Positions 9,416-18,244 of a stretch of DNA of 64,000 nucleotides are shown piece by piece. How positions within the stretch are numbered: the stretch's first letter is position 1; every line of letters begins with the position of its first letter. Position numbers and translations under genes: made by a program. This DNA is from Alphaproteobacteria bacterium (GTDB lineage Bacteria; Pseudomonadota; Alphaproteobacteria; Bin95): the NCBI GenBank assembly GCA_964291285.2, contig OZ219789.1:128001-192000 (forward strand), read 5' to 3'. The notes under the pieces were generated by a model that was given only the letters and a program-made list of their open reading frames with translations, made no database searches and was not told where the DNA came from.

Positions 9416-9784
9416 TCAGTTGCGCCCGGGGTAGAGAATGTACTCCCGTTTGCCCAGGAACAGCCGTTCCACCTTGACCAGCCTGTCCGACATATCGGCG
9501 GCCGGCTCGCCGATCACCCGGATTTCGACCCCTTCGGCCAGGTCGCCCTCCTTGAGGCCGGCGCGTTCATTGCGCCAGGGCTGACCGACCTCGGCCGTCC
9601 ATTCCTCGCCTTCCACGTCGATCTTCAGGATGCCGTGGGGATTGCCCAGGCGAACGGACTTGACGATGCCGGTCAGGTCGATATTGCCGCCGGTCGTCCA
9701 CGACCAGCCGTGATGGGCTAGAGCCCCGGCCGCCGGAGCGGCGAGTCCCAGGGCCAGGACCGCGATGAACAGGAGCCTCATCAT
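9416..9784 (-). CDS. DUF6152-like secreted protein
   Basis: Signal peptide followed by AHHGW...TG.V...NPHG, which is typical of this family. Confidence 0.7.
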   Translation of the reverse strand: MMRLLFIAVLALGLAAPAAGALAHHGWSWTTGGNIDLTGIVKSVRLGNPHGILKIDVEGEEWTAEVGQPWRNERAGLKEGDLAEGVEIRVIGEPAADMSDRLVKVERLFLGKREYILYPGRN

Positions 9785-9905
9785 CCTGCGCCTCCGCTGC
9801 TGCAAGCACTGCCGGGAAAGTTGCGCCGCGCGACCGGACATTCAAGCCGGCGCGCTCCGGATGCGGACTCCCGCAAGCAAAAACATGCGCGAACCCGGCC
9901 TCCGG

Positions 9906-10820
9906 TCATCCGGGCCCCGCCCGCCGCTGCGTGACCTGCTCGCGCCAGAACACGTACAGCCCCGAGGCGACAATCACCCCGCCGCCGGCGAGCGTCGCCG
10001 CATCCGGCAGGTCGCGGAAGGCCAGCCAGCCGATCAGCACGGCCCAGAAAATGCGCGAATAGTTGAAGGGCGCGAGCAGCGCCGCCTCGGTGACGGCGAA
10101 GGCGTTTATCATGAAGAAATGCGCGCCCGCGCCGATCGCGCCGGAGAGCGCCATCCAGGCCCACGTCTCCCAGGCGGGCCACTGCCAGAAGAACGGCATG
10201 GCGAGGGTGAGCAGCAGCGCGCCGCCCGCCGAGGTGTAGAACAGCGTCGCCAGGTGGTCGTCCCGCGCCGTGATGATACGCGTGACAAGCTGGAAGCCTG
10301 CAAAGAAGACCGCGCCGACGAGCGGCAGCACCGCCGCCCAGTGGACGATGCCGAGGCCCGGCCGGATCACGATCACGACGCCGGCCCAGCCGAGCAGCAC
10401 CGCCGCCCAGCGGTGCGGCCCGACCCGCTCCTTCAGCACCGGCCAGGACAGCGCGGTCAGGAAGAGCGGCGCGGCGAAGCTGATGACCGTGGCGTCGGCC
10501 AGCGCCAGATATTGCAGGCTCACGAACAGCATGGAGAGCGAGCCGACCAGGCAGCCCGCCCGAAGCAGCTGCAGGCCGGGATTGCGGGCGCGCAGCCAGC
10601 GCCGGGGCGGGATGCGGGCAATGGTGAACCCGGTCGCAAGCGTGATGGCGATGAAGGTGAAATAGCCCCACGCGACCTGCACGCCGCTCAGGCTCGACGC
10701 CACATGCTTGGCGATGGCGTCGACCGCCGTGATGCCGACCATGGCGGCGAGCATGAGCGGGATGCCGAGGGACGGGCGGTGGCGCGGCGGCACGGATGTT
10801 CCGTTCGGGCGAAGAGGCAA
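9906..10820 (-). CDS. DMT/EamA family transporter
   Basis: About 10 TM helices with LADAT...F..PL...LKERVG..RW and APFNY motifs. Confidence 0.88.
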   Translation of the reverse strand: MPLRPNGTSVPPRHRPSLGIPLMLAAMVGITAVDAIAKHVASSLSGVQVAWGYFTFIAITLATGFTIARIPPRRWLRARNPGLQLLRAGCLVGSLSMLFVSLQYLALADATVISFAAPLFLTALSWPVLKERVGPHRWAAVLLGWAGVVIVIRPGLGIVHWAAVLPLVGAVFFAGFQLVTRIITARDDHLATLFYTSAGGALLLTLAMPFFWQWPAWETWAWMALSGAIGAGAHFFMINAFAVTEAALLAPFNYSRIFWAVLIGWLAFRDLPDAATLAGGGVIVASGLYVFWREQVTQRRAGPG

Positions 10821-10899
10821 TCGCAGTGGAATAGCCGCAATTGCCGCGCCGGGCTATGATTGCCGTCGGGAACAGGGCTATCGACGCGAGGACAGCAAC

Positions 10900-12324
10900 A
10901 TGGACGGGCTCCAGACGGCAATATCGGGGGAAACGGCGGCCGCCAACCGGCCGATAGCCGCCATGCTGGCGGAGTTCGCCTGCCGGCTCGACGACCGCGC
11001 GGTCCCCGACCGGGTGATGGAGCGCGCGCGCCTCCACATCCTCGACTGCATCGGCATCGCGCTCGCCTCGACCGGCTACGAGTTCGGCCGGCGCACGGTA
11101 GAGGCCATGCGCGGGCTCGCCGGCGAGGGGCCGTCGCCGGTCATCGGCACGGACATTCGCCTGCCGCTGCGCGATGCGGCGCTGGTCAACGGCACGCTCG
11201 TCCACGGCCTCGACTATGACGACACCCATTCCGACGGCGTGGTCCATGCGTCGGCCTCGGCGCTCGTCGCCGCGCTGGCGCAGGGCTTCGCCTCCGGCGC
11301 CTCGGGCCGGGACCTGCTGGCCGCCTACCTGGTCGGCGTCGAAGCGTCGTCGCGGATCGGCCAGGCGGCGCAAGGGGGCTTCCATGTGCGGGGGCACCAT
11401 CCGACGGGCCTTGTCGGCGCGTTCGGCGCGGCGCTGACGGCCGCCCGGCTTACCGGCCTCTCCGAGCGCGAGGCGGCGATGGCGCAGGGCATCGCGCTCT
11501 CCATGGCCGCCGGCAGCCTGGAGTTCCTCTCGGACGGCGCCTGGACCAAGCGCATCCATCCCGGCTGGGCGGCCGTGGCCGGCATTACCGCGGCCGCGCT
11601 CGCCGGCGGCGGCTTCCAGGGCCCGAGCGCGCCCTATGAGGGGCGCTACGGCCTCTACAACCTGCATCTGGGCGCGGACCACGAGGCGCGCCTCGACATG
11701 GCGACGGCCGCTCTCGGCGAGGTCTGGGAGCTGGAGAACGTGGCCTTCAAGCCCTACCCCGCCTGCCACTTCAACCACGCCTTCGCCGACGCGGCGCTGG
11801 CGCTCCGGCGCGACCACGGGCTCCGGCCGGAGGATGTGGACAGCATCACCGGCTATATCGCCGACGCGCAGGCCAATGTCGTCTGCCGCCCGGAGGAGAC
11901 CAAGAAGCGCCCGCAGAACAGCTACGACGCCCAGTTCTCGATGCACTACACCATCGCCGCGGCCCTCAAGCACGGCCGCTTCACCCTCGACGAGATCGAC
12001 CCGGACGCGATCTCCGACCCGGAGGTGCTGGCGCTGGCGGACCGGGTGGAGTTCGCCATCGACCCGGACTCGGCCTTTCCGCGCTACTATTCCGGCGAGA
12101 TCAGGGTCCGCACCCGCGACGGGCGCGAGCTGCGCCACCGCGAGGCGGTCAACCGCGGCTCCGACGCCAACCCGCTCTCGGCCGAGGACATCGCGGCCAA
12201 GTTCCGGGACAATGCCGACCGCGCCGTCAGTCCCGAGCGCCGGGAGCGCATCTTCGAGGCCGTCATGACCCTCGACCGCGCCCCCGACCTCAAGGAGCTC
12301 GACGCCGCGCTTTGCGAGGGCTGA
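10900..12324 (+). CDS. MmgE/PrpD family protein
   Basis: NGTLVHGLDYDDTH, GHHPTG, KRIHPG, FKPYPACH and AQFS motifs. Confidence 0.92.
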   Translation: MDGLQTAISGETAAANRPIAAMLAEFACRLDDRAVPDRVMERARLHILDCIGIALASTGYEFGRRTVEAMRGLAGEGPSPVIGTDIRLPLRDAALVNGTLVHGLDYDDTHSDGVVHASASALVAALAQGFASGASGRDLLAAYLVGVEASSRIGQAAQGGFHVRGHHPTGLVGAFGAALTAARLTGLSEREAAMAQGIALSMAAGSLEFLSDGAWTKRIHPGWAAVAGITAAALAGGGFQGPSAPYEGRYGLYNLHLGADHEARLDMATAALGEVWELENVAFKPYPACHFNHAFADAALALRRDHGLRPEDVDSITGYIADAQANVVCRPEETKKRPQNSYDAQFSMHYTIAAALKHGRFTLDEIDPDAISDPEVLALADRVEFAIDPDSAFPRYYSGEIRVRTRDGRELRHREAVNRGSDANPLSAEDIAAKFRDNADRAVSPERRERIFEAVMTLDRAPDLKELDAALCEG

Positions 12325-12340
12325 GGGGCGCAGGGACGCG

Positions 12341-14623
12341 ATGCCGTCCCGTCTCTCCTCCGCCGCCGCCGGGCTTGCCATCGGCGCGGCGGTGTTGCTG
12401 CTCTCGGCCTGCGCGCTGCTGGCGCCCCTGCCGAAGCCGAAGGGCGTCGCCGCGCGGCTTGAGGCATTCCCGACGCGCGGCCTGCCGCTGGACGGGCGGG
12501 TGACGATCCGCTGGAGCGAGCAGCAGATTCCCTTCATCGAGGCAGAGAGCGACGGCGATGCGGCGTTCGCGCTCGGCCTCGTGCACGCGCATCTCAGGCT
12601 CGGCCAGATGGCGATGGCGCGCATGCTCGCGCGGGGGCGCCTGTCCGAGATGATCGGCCCCATGGGCGTCGATATCGACCGCGGCCTGCGCACGCTCTCC
12701 TACGGCCGCGCCGCGGCGGAGATCGAGCGGAGCATGGACGGTGACGCCCTGCTCTGGGTCCGGCGTTTCGTGGACGGCATCAACCATTACCAGGACGGCG
12801 CGGCCGAACTGCCGCACGATTTCGCCATTCTGGGCCTGGAGCCGGAGCCGTGGACCGTCGCCGACGTTCTGGCCATCGGGCGGCTCGGCGGCACCGACGT
12901 GAACTGGCTGGTCTGGGCCGACCTGCTGGCGCTCCGCGCGCGGGACGACTGGCCCGAGCTCTGGGCGCGTCTTGTGAAGGAGGGCGGCACGTCCTTCGCC
13001 AGCTTCGGCGGGCCCGAACGCATGGCCGCGATACAGGAATGGCTCGCCGGCGTCTCCCGGTCGGGCAGCAACAGCGTCGCCGTGGCGGGCCGGCGCAGCG
13101 CCACCGGCGGGGCGCTGATGGCCAACGACCCGCATCTCGGCATCTTCATTCCCAACGTCTGGCTGATCGCGGGCGTGCGCTCGCCCTCCTGCCACGCGGT
13201 CGGGCTGATGGCGCCGGGCCTGCCGATCTTCGCCATCGGCCGCAATCCGCACATCGCCTGGGGCGGCACCAACATGCGGGCGGCCTCCAGCGACCTCTAC
13301 AATGTCGAGGGCATACCCGAGGCCGACATCGCGGAGCGGCGCGAGCGGATCGGCGTGCGCTGGTGGTTCGACGAGGAAGCGACCGTCCGCGAGACCCGCT
13401 GGGGGCCGATCGTGACCGACACGCCGCTGCTCGCGAAGTTCGACCTGCCGCCGCTCGCGCTGAAATGGACCGGGCACGGCGCGAGCGACGAGATCGGCGC
13501 CATGCTCAGGGTCTGCCGGGCGAAGAGCTTCCCGGAGTTCCGCGCCGCCTTCCACAGCTTCGCCGTGCCGGGGCAGAACATGCTCTATGCGGACAGGGAG
13601 GGGAATATCGGCCAGGTGATGGCGGTGTGGCTGCCCGCGCGCCGGGGCGCGCCCGACGACATTTTCCTCGACACCGCCGCGCATGACGCCGCCTGGGGCG
13701 CGATGCGCACCGGGGCGGACCTGCCCTGGAGCCTCAACCCCGAGACCGGCTTCCTGGTCTCGGCCAACAACCGCCCCTCGGAGACCGATGTGCCCGTCGG
13801 CTTCTTCTTCTCGCCCGATGACCGCGTCAAGCGCATGACCCGGCTGATCGGGGGCGAGGCGGAGGTGGGCGTCGAGACCCTCAAGGCGCTGCAGCAGGAC
13901 GTGTACATGCCGTCCTCGGCCGAGCTGCGCGACCTCTTCCTTGCCAGGCTCGACGGGTCGGGGCTGGCCGCGGCGGCGGACGCCAAAGGCGCGGAGGCGA
14001 TCGGCAGGCTGCGCGAGTGGGACGGCGCCTACCGGCGCGAGTCGCTGGGCGCGGTCGCGTTCGAGCAGTTCCGCCACGGCTTCGTGCGGCGCTTCTACGT
14101 CCTGCGCTACGGGGAAGGCGACGGCGAGGCGTTCGCGAAGCTGCGCCGGGGCACGGCGCTGCTGGCCGACGATATCGCGGCCGCCGACGAGGAGACCGTG
14201 CGCGCGGCGCTCGTTGCCGGGCTGCGCGCTGCGGCGGACGGCCTCGACGCCTTCTCCGGCTGGGGAGACATGCACCGCCTCCGCCTCGCCCATCCGCTCT
14301 CCCGCGCTCCGCTCATCGGCGGACGCTACCGCTTCGTCGAAGAGGGCGTCGCCGGGAGCTCGGAGACGGTGATGAAGACCGCGCACAACGCCACCGCCGA
14401 GCGCCATACCGTCACCTACGGGTCCAATGCGCGGCACATTTCAGACCTGTCCGACCCGGACGGGAACTGGTTCGTCCTGCTCGGCGGGCAGGACGGCTGG
14501 TTCAACAGCACGACCATGCTCGACCAGTGGGAACTGTGGCGGCGCGGCGAGTATGTGCGCGTGCCGCTCACGCCGTCCGAGGTGCGCGCGAGTTTTCCGC
14601 ACGTGCTGACCTTGGAGAACTGA
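12341..14623 (+). CDS. Penicillin acylase family Ntn-hydrolase (probable lipoprotein)
   Basis: Lipobox LSAC; GSNSVAV nucleophile site; ANDPHL, QNMLYAD and SANN motifs. Confidence 0.92.
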   Translation: MPSRLSSAAAGLAIGAAVLLLSACALLAPLPKPKGVAARLEAFPTRGLPLDGRVTIRWSEQQIPFIEAESDGDAAFALGLVHAHLRLGQMAMARMLARGRLSEMIGPMGVDIDRGLRTLSYGRAAAEIERSMDGDALLWVRRFVDGINHYQDGAAELPHDFAILGLEPEPWTVADVLAIGRLGGTDVNWLVWADLLALRARDDWPELWARLVKEGGTSFASFGGPERMAAIQEWLAGVSRSGSNSVAVAGRRSATGGALMANDPHLGIFIPNVWLIAGVRSPSCHAVGLMAPGLPIFAIGRNPHIAWGGTNMRAASSDLYNVEGIPEADIAERRERIGVRWWFDEEATVRETRWGPIVTDTPLLAKFDLPPLALKWTGHGASDEIGAMLRVCRAKSFPEFRAAFHSFAVPGQNMLYADREGNIGQVMAVWLPARRGAPDDIFLDTAAHDAAWGAMRTGADLPWSLNPETGFLVSANNRPSETDVPVGFFFSPDDRVKRMTRLIGGEAEVGVETLKALQQDVYMPSSAELRDLFLARLDGSGLAAAADAKGAEAIGRLREWDGAYRRESLGAVAFEQFRHGFVRRFYVLRYGEGDGEAFAKLRRGTALLADDIAAADEETVRAALVAGLRAAADGLDAFSGWGDMHRLRLAHPLSRAPLIGGRYRFVEEGVAGSSETVMKTAHNATAERHTVTYGSNARHISDLSDPDGNWFVLLGGQDGWFNSTTMLDQWELWRRGEYVRVPLTPSEVRASFPHVLTLEN

Positions 14624-14638
14624 CGCCGGAACCCGACC

Positions 14639-16198
14639 ATGCACGACGCCACCTGGCTTCTCCGGCTCTATGCCCGCCAGCGCCTCCGGCATCTGGCGCA
14701 TATGGACCCGGAACAGGCGCAGCGCCGCACCCTGTCGTCCCTCATCCGGAAGGCCCGCCGCACGCAATTCGGCCGGGACCACGGGTTTTCCGCCGACTGG
14801 TCCCTCGACGACTTCCGTTCGCGCGTTCCGCTCAGGGACTATGACGCCTTCTGGGAAAGCTACTGGCGCGAGCCCTTCCCCCGCCTGACCGACTGCACCT
14901 GGCCGGGCCTCATCCCGTGGTTCGCCGTCTCGTCCGGGACGACGACCGGCACGACGAAATACATCCCCGTCAGCCGCGAGATGCGCCGGTCCAACGTGCG
15001 CGCGGGCGCGGAGCTGATGGTCCACCATCTCGCCAACCGGCCGGAAAGCCGGCTGCTGGGGGGCCGCGTCTTCATGCTGGGCGGCTCGACCGGGCTGGTC
15101 CGCCGGGCGCCGGGGGTCTCCAGCGGCGATCTGAGCGGCATCGCGGCCGCGGAAATGCCCGGCTGGGCGCGGCTGCGCTACTTCCCGCCGCGCGACCTGG
15201 AGAGCATCGCCGACTGGGAGGAGAAGATCGACCGCTTCGCGGCGCGCTCCCTGGACGAGGAGATTTCGGCCGTGGCGGGCACGCCGAGCTGGCTGCTGAT
15301 CTTCTTCGAGCGCCTGGCCGAGACCGCCGGCAGCGGGTCCGGCCGGGTCGCCGGCATCTGGCCCCGGCTCGAAATGCTGAGCCACGGCGGCGTCGCCTGG
15401 GCGCCCTATCGCGACCGCTTCGCCGCCTTGCTCGAAGGCAGCGGCGCGGAAACCCGCGAGGTCTATCCGGCGAGCGAGGGGTTCTTCGGCATCGCCGACC
15501 GCGGGGACGGGGAGGGTCTCCGGCTGCTGCTCGACACCGGCATCTTCTACGAGTTCATCCCCCTCGACGAGCTCGACAGCCCCGAGCCGGACTGCCGCTG
15601 GATCGGCGACGCGGAGCCGGGCGTCAACTACGCGCTCGCGGTTACGACATGCGCGGGCCTCTGGCGCTACCTCGTCGGCGACACGGTGACCCTGGTCGAA
15701 CGCGACCCGCCGCGCGTCCTGGTCACCGGGCGGACGAGCTACATGCTGTCCGCCTTCGGCGAGCACGTCATCGGCGCCGAGGTCGAGCGCGCCGTAGCGG
15801 AGGCCGCAAGGGCCATCGGCGCGACGGTCAGCGACTTCGCCGCCGGCAGCCTGTTCCCGGAGGAGACCGGCCGGCGCGGCGGGCACCTATACATCGTCGA
15901 GTTCGGGGCGGAACCCGGCGGGAGCGGCCCCGACGCCGCGCGGCAGGCCCGCTTCGCCAAAACGCTGGACGCGGCGCTCTGCCGCCTCAACGACGACTAT
16001 GACGCCCACCGCGCGGGCGGCTACGGCCTGGACGCCGCGCGCGTGCGCGTCATGCCGCCCGGCGGTTTCGCGGCATGGATGAAGAGCCGCGGCAGGCTCG
16101 GCGGCCAGAACAAGGTGCCCCGCATCGTCAACGACCGCGAGCTCTTCGCCGCCTTGCGGGCCTTTGCAGATGCGCACGGAGCGCCGCCGCCAAATTGA
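14639..16198 (+). CDS. GH3 family acyl-acid amido synthetase
   Basis: SSGTTTGTTKYIP, YPASEGF, YEFIP, WRYLVGD and GGQNKVPR motifs. Confidence 0.92.
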   Translation: MHDATWLLRLYARQRLRHLAHMDPEQAQRRTLSSLIRKARRTQFGRDHGFSADWSLDDFRSRVPLRDYDAFWESYWREPFPRLTDCTWPGLIPWFAVSSGTTTGTTKYIPVSREMRRSNVRAGAELMVHHLANRPESRLLGGRVFMLGGSTGLVRRAPGVSSGDLSGIAAAEMPGWARLRYFPPRDLESIADWEEKIDRFAARSLDEEISAVAGTPSWLLIFFERLAETAGSGSGRVAGIWPRLEMLSHGGVAWAPYRDRFAALLEGSGAETREVYPASEGFFGIADRGDGEGLRLLLDTGIFYEFIPLDELDSPEPDCRWIGDAEPGVNYALAVTTCAGLWRYLVGDTVTLVERDPPRVLVTGRTSYMLSAFGEHVIGAEVERAVAEAARAIGATVSDFAAGSLFPEETGRRGGHLYIVEFGAEPGGSGPDAARQARFAKTLDAALCRLNDDYDAHRAGGYGLDAARVRVMPPGGFAAWMKSRGRLGGQNKVPRIVNDRELFAALRAFADAHGAPPPN

Positions 16199-16249
16199 CG
16201 CGCTCCCCGTCCGCCGCCAGAATGGCCGCAGCGGCGGGGAGAGCAGTCG

Positions 16250-16618
16250 ATGGAGACGGTCAGGGTCGGGTCGGTCGAGGAATTCGCGCCGCTGCCCGCG
16301 AGGAAGGTGGTCGAGGTCGGCGGCGAGGAGGTCGGCATCTTCCGCCTCGACGACGGCTTCTACGCCTGGCGCAACAACTGCCCGCACCAGGGCGGCCCCG
16401 TCTGCCAGGGCCGCATCTACAACCGGGTCCTCGAGTCGCTCGACGCCGCGCGCCGCTCGCTCGGGCGGCGCTATGACGAGGAGCGGGTCAACATCGTCTG
16501 CCCGTGGCACGGGCTGGAATACGACATCCGCACCGGCCGCCATCCCGGCAATGACGGCATGGCGCTGGAGCCCGTCGCGGTCCAGGTCCAGAACGGAGAG
16601 GTCTATGTCTCCCTCTGA
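16250..16618 (+). CDS. Rieske [2Fe-2S] ferredoxin
   Basis: CPHQGGP and CPWHG ligand motifs. Confidence 0.92.
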   Translation: METVRVGSVEEFAPLPARKVVEVGGEEVGIFRLDDGFYAWRNNCPHQGGPVCQGRIYNRVLESLDAARRSLGRRYDEERVNIVCPWHGLEYDIRTGRHPGNDGMALEPVAVQVQNGEVYVSL

Positions 16619-16982
16619 CCTGCGCGGCCACAACGACGCTTACGCGGATTTCGACGAGGACGCGCGCCGCCTCTGGACGCTCGCCGCGGGGGCGGTGGAA
16701 CGCGGCGAGGCCCACCGCATCCCGGACAGCGCCGTCGCCGACCTGATGACCGCCGCCGTCAAGCTCTACGCCGCCAAGGCGGACGGCGAGGACCGCACCT
16801 TCCGCCCGCTGCACGGGCGCTATGACGAGGTGGTGACGCCGACCGAGGCGCTGACCGCCGTCACCGAATTGCTGCGCGCGCTGCGCCTCGGGCCGATGGA
16901 ATTCGGCCTCTGGTCCCGCCGCCGCCCGGAGGACTATCATTTGAGCGAGGCCGCGCCGGCGGCCGCCGAGGAGGAGGCCTGA
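16605..16982 (+). CDS. Conserved hypothetical protein associated with Rieske/amidohydrolase clusters
   Basis: ATG after a GGAGAG SD, overlapping the Rieske gene; AVKLYAA...TPTEA...LLRAL.L motif. Confidence 0.65.
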   Translation: MSPSDLRGHNDAYADFDEDARRLWTLAAGAVERGEAHRIPDSAVADLMTAAVKLYAAKADGEDRTFRPLHGRYDEVVTPTEALTAVTELLRALRLGPMEFGLWSRRRPEDYHLSEAAPAAAEEEA

Positions 16983-16986
16983 GCCC

Positions 16987-18222
16987 ATGGATGCCGCGAT
17001 CCGGACCGCCAGCGTCATGCCCGTGCAGGAAATGGGCACCGAGACCGACACGCGCGATTACCTGGCCCATGCCCGCGCCCATGCCCGCAAGGCGGGCTAC
17101 GCCGACTGGACCATCGTCGATATCGACGCGCACCATGTCGAGACCGTCCACTGGCACGAGATCATCGACTATATCGAGGACCCGGTGCTGCGCCACCAGG
17201 CGACGATGTACCAGAAGGAGCGCATCGGCGCGCCGCCCTACGGCCTCAACGGCGATCTCGGCCTGCGCTACCAGGATGTCGGCGGGCGCATCCCGCACCA
17301 GTCCTCGCGGCGCGAGAAGGTGGACGAGCCGGGCGTGCATCTCGACGTGGCGCTGACGCGCCGGGCAATGGACGCGCTCTGCGTGGACTACATGGTGCTC
17401 TTCCCGACGCCGATGCTGTTCATCGGCATGCACCCGCAGGTGGAGATGGAGGCGGTTCTGTCGAACGCCTACAACCGCTGGCTGGCTGAGAACGTGCTCT
17501 CGGCCGAGGACGGCATCCTGTCGCTCGCCGTGCTGCCCTTCAACTCGCCGGACGCCGCCTGCCGCACGGTCGAGGAGTTCGGCGGCAACCCGAACGTCAT
17601 CGGCTTCACCGTCACCTCGACCCGCTACAAGCCGGTCCATTCCAACGAATATATGCGCCTCTACCGCATGATCGAGGAAACCGGAAAGCCCATCGCCTTC
17701 CATGCCGGCTACCACTGGCAGGACCCCTCGCTCGCCACCTGCAACAGCTTCCTCGGCATGCATGCGCTGGGGTTCGTGTGGTGCAACCTCGTGCACATGA
17801 CCAACTGGATCCTGAACGGCATCCCGGAGCGCTTCCCGAAGCTGAACAGCCTCTGGGTGGAGAGCGGGCTTTCCTGGGTCCCGTTCCTGATACAGCGGCT
17901 CGACGACCAGTATCTGATGCGCCAGAGCGAGGCGCCGCTGCTGACCAGGATGCCGTCGGACTACATGCGCGAGAGCTGCTTCTACACCTGCCAGCCGCTC
18001 GAGAAGAGCAGCGAGGTGGGCCTCAGGGCGACCCTGGAGATGATCAAGGCCGAGACGCAGCTTCTCTACGCCTCGGACTGGCCGCATTTCGACTTCGACG
18101 CGCCGCGCGCGATCTACGACATCCCGTTCCTGACCGAAGACCAGAAGCGCAACATCCTCGGCCGCAACGCCGCCCGCCTGTTCAACCTCCCGAAGAAGGA
18201 GGGCGCGCGGAAGGCGGCGTAG
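16987..18222 (+). CDS. Amidohydrolase_2 family protein (possible dinuclear oxygenase)
   Basis: DIDAHH, LFPT, AYNRWL, FHA, ERFPKL...ESG..W and YASDWPHFDFD motifs. Confidence 0.88.
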   Translation: MDAAIRTASVMPVQEMGTETDTRDYLAHARAHARKAGYADWTIVDIDAHHVETVHWHEIIDYIEDPVLRHQATMYQKERIGAPPYGLNGDLGLRYQDVGGRIPHQSSRREKVDEPGVHLDVALTRRAMDALCVDYMVLFPTPMLFIGMHPQVEMEAVLSNAYNRWLAENVLSAEDGILSLAVLPFNSPDAACRTVEEFGGNPNVIGFTVTSTRYKPVHSNEYMRLYRMIEETGKPIAFHAGYHWQDPSLATCNSFLGMHALGFVWCNLVHMTNWILNGIPERFPKLNSLWVESGLSWVPFLIQRLDDQYLMRQSEAPLLTRMPSDYMRESCFYTCQPLEKSSEVGLRATLEMIKAETQLLYASDWPHFDFDAPRAIYDIPFLTEDQKRNILGRNAARLFNLPKKEGARKAA

Positions 18223-18244
18223 AGGGGTATCCGATCACGATAAA

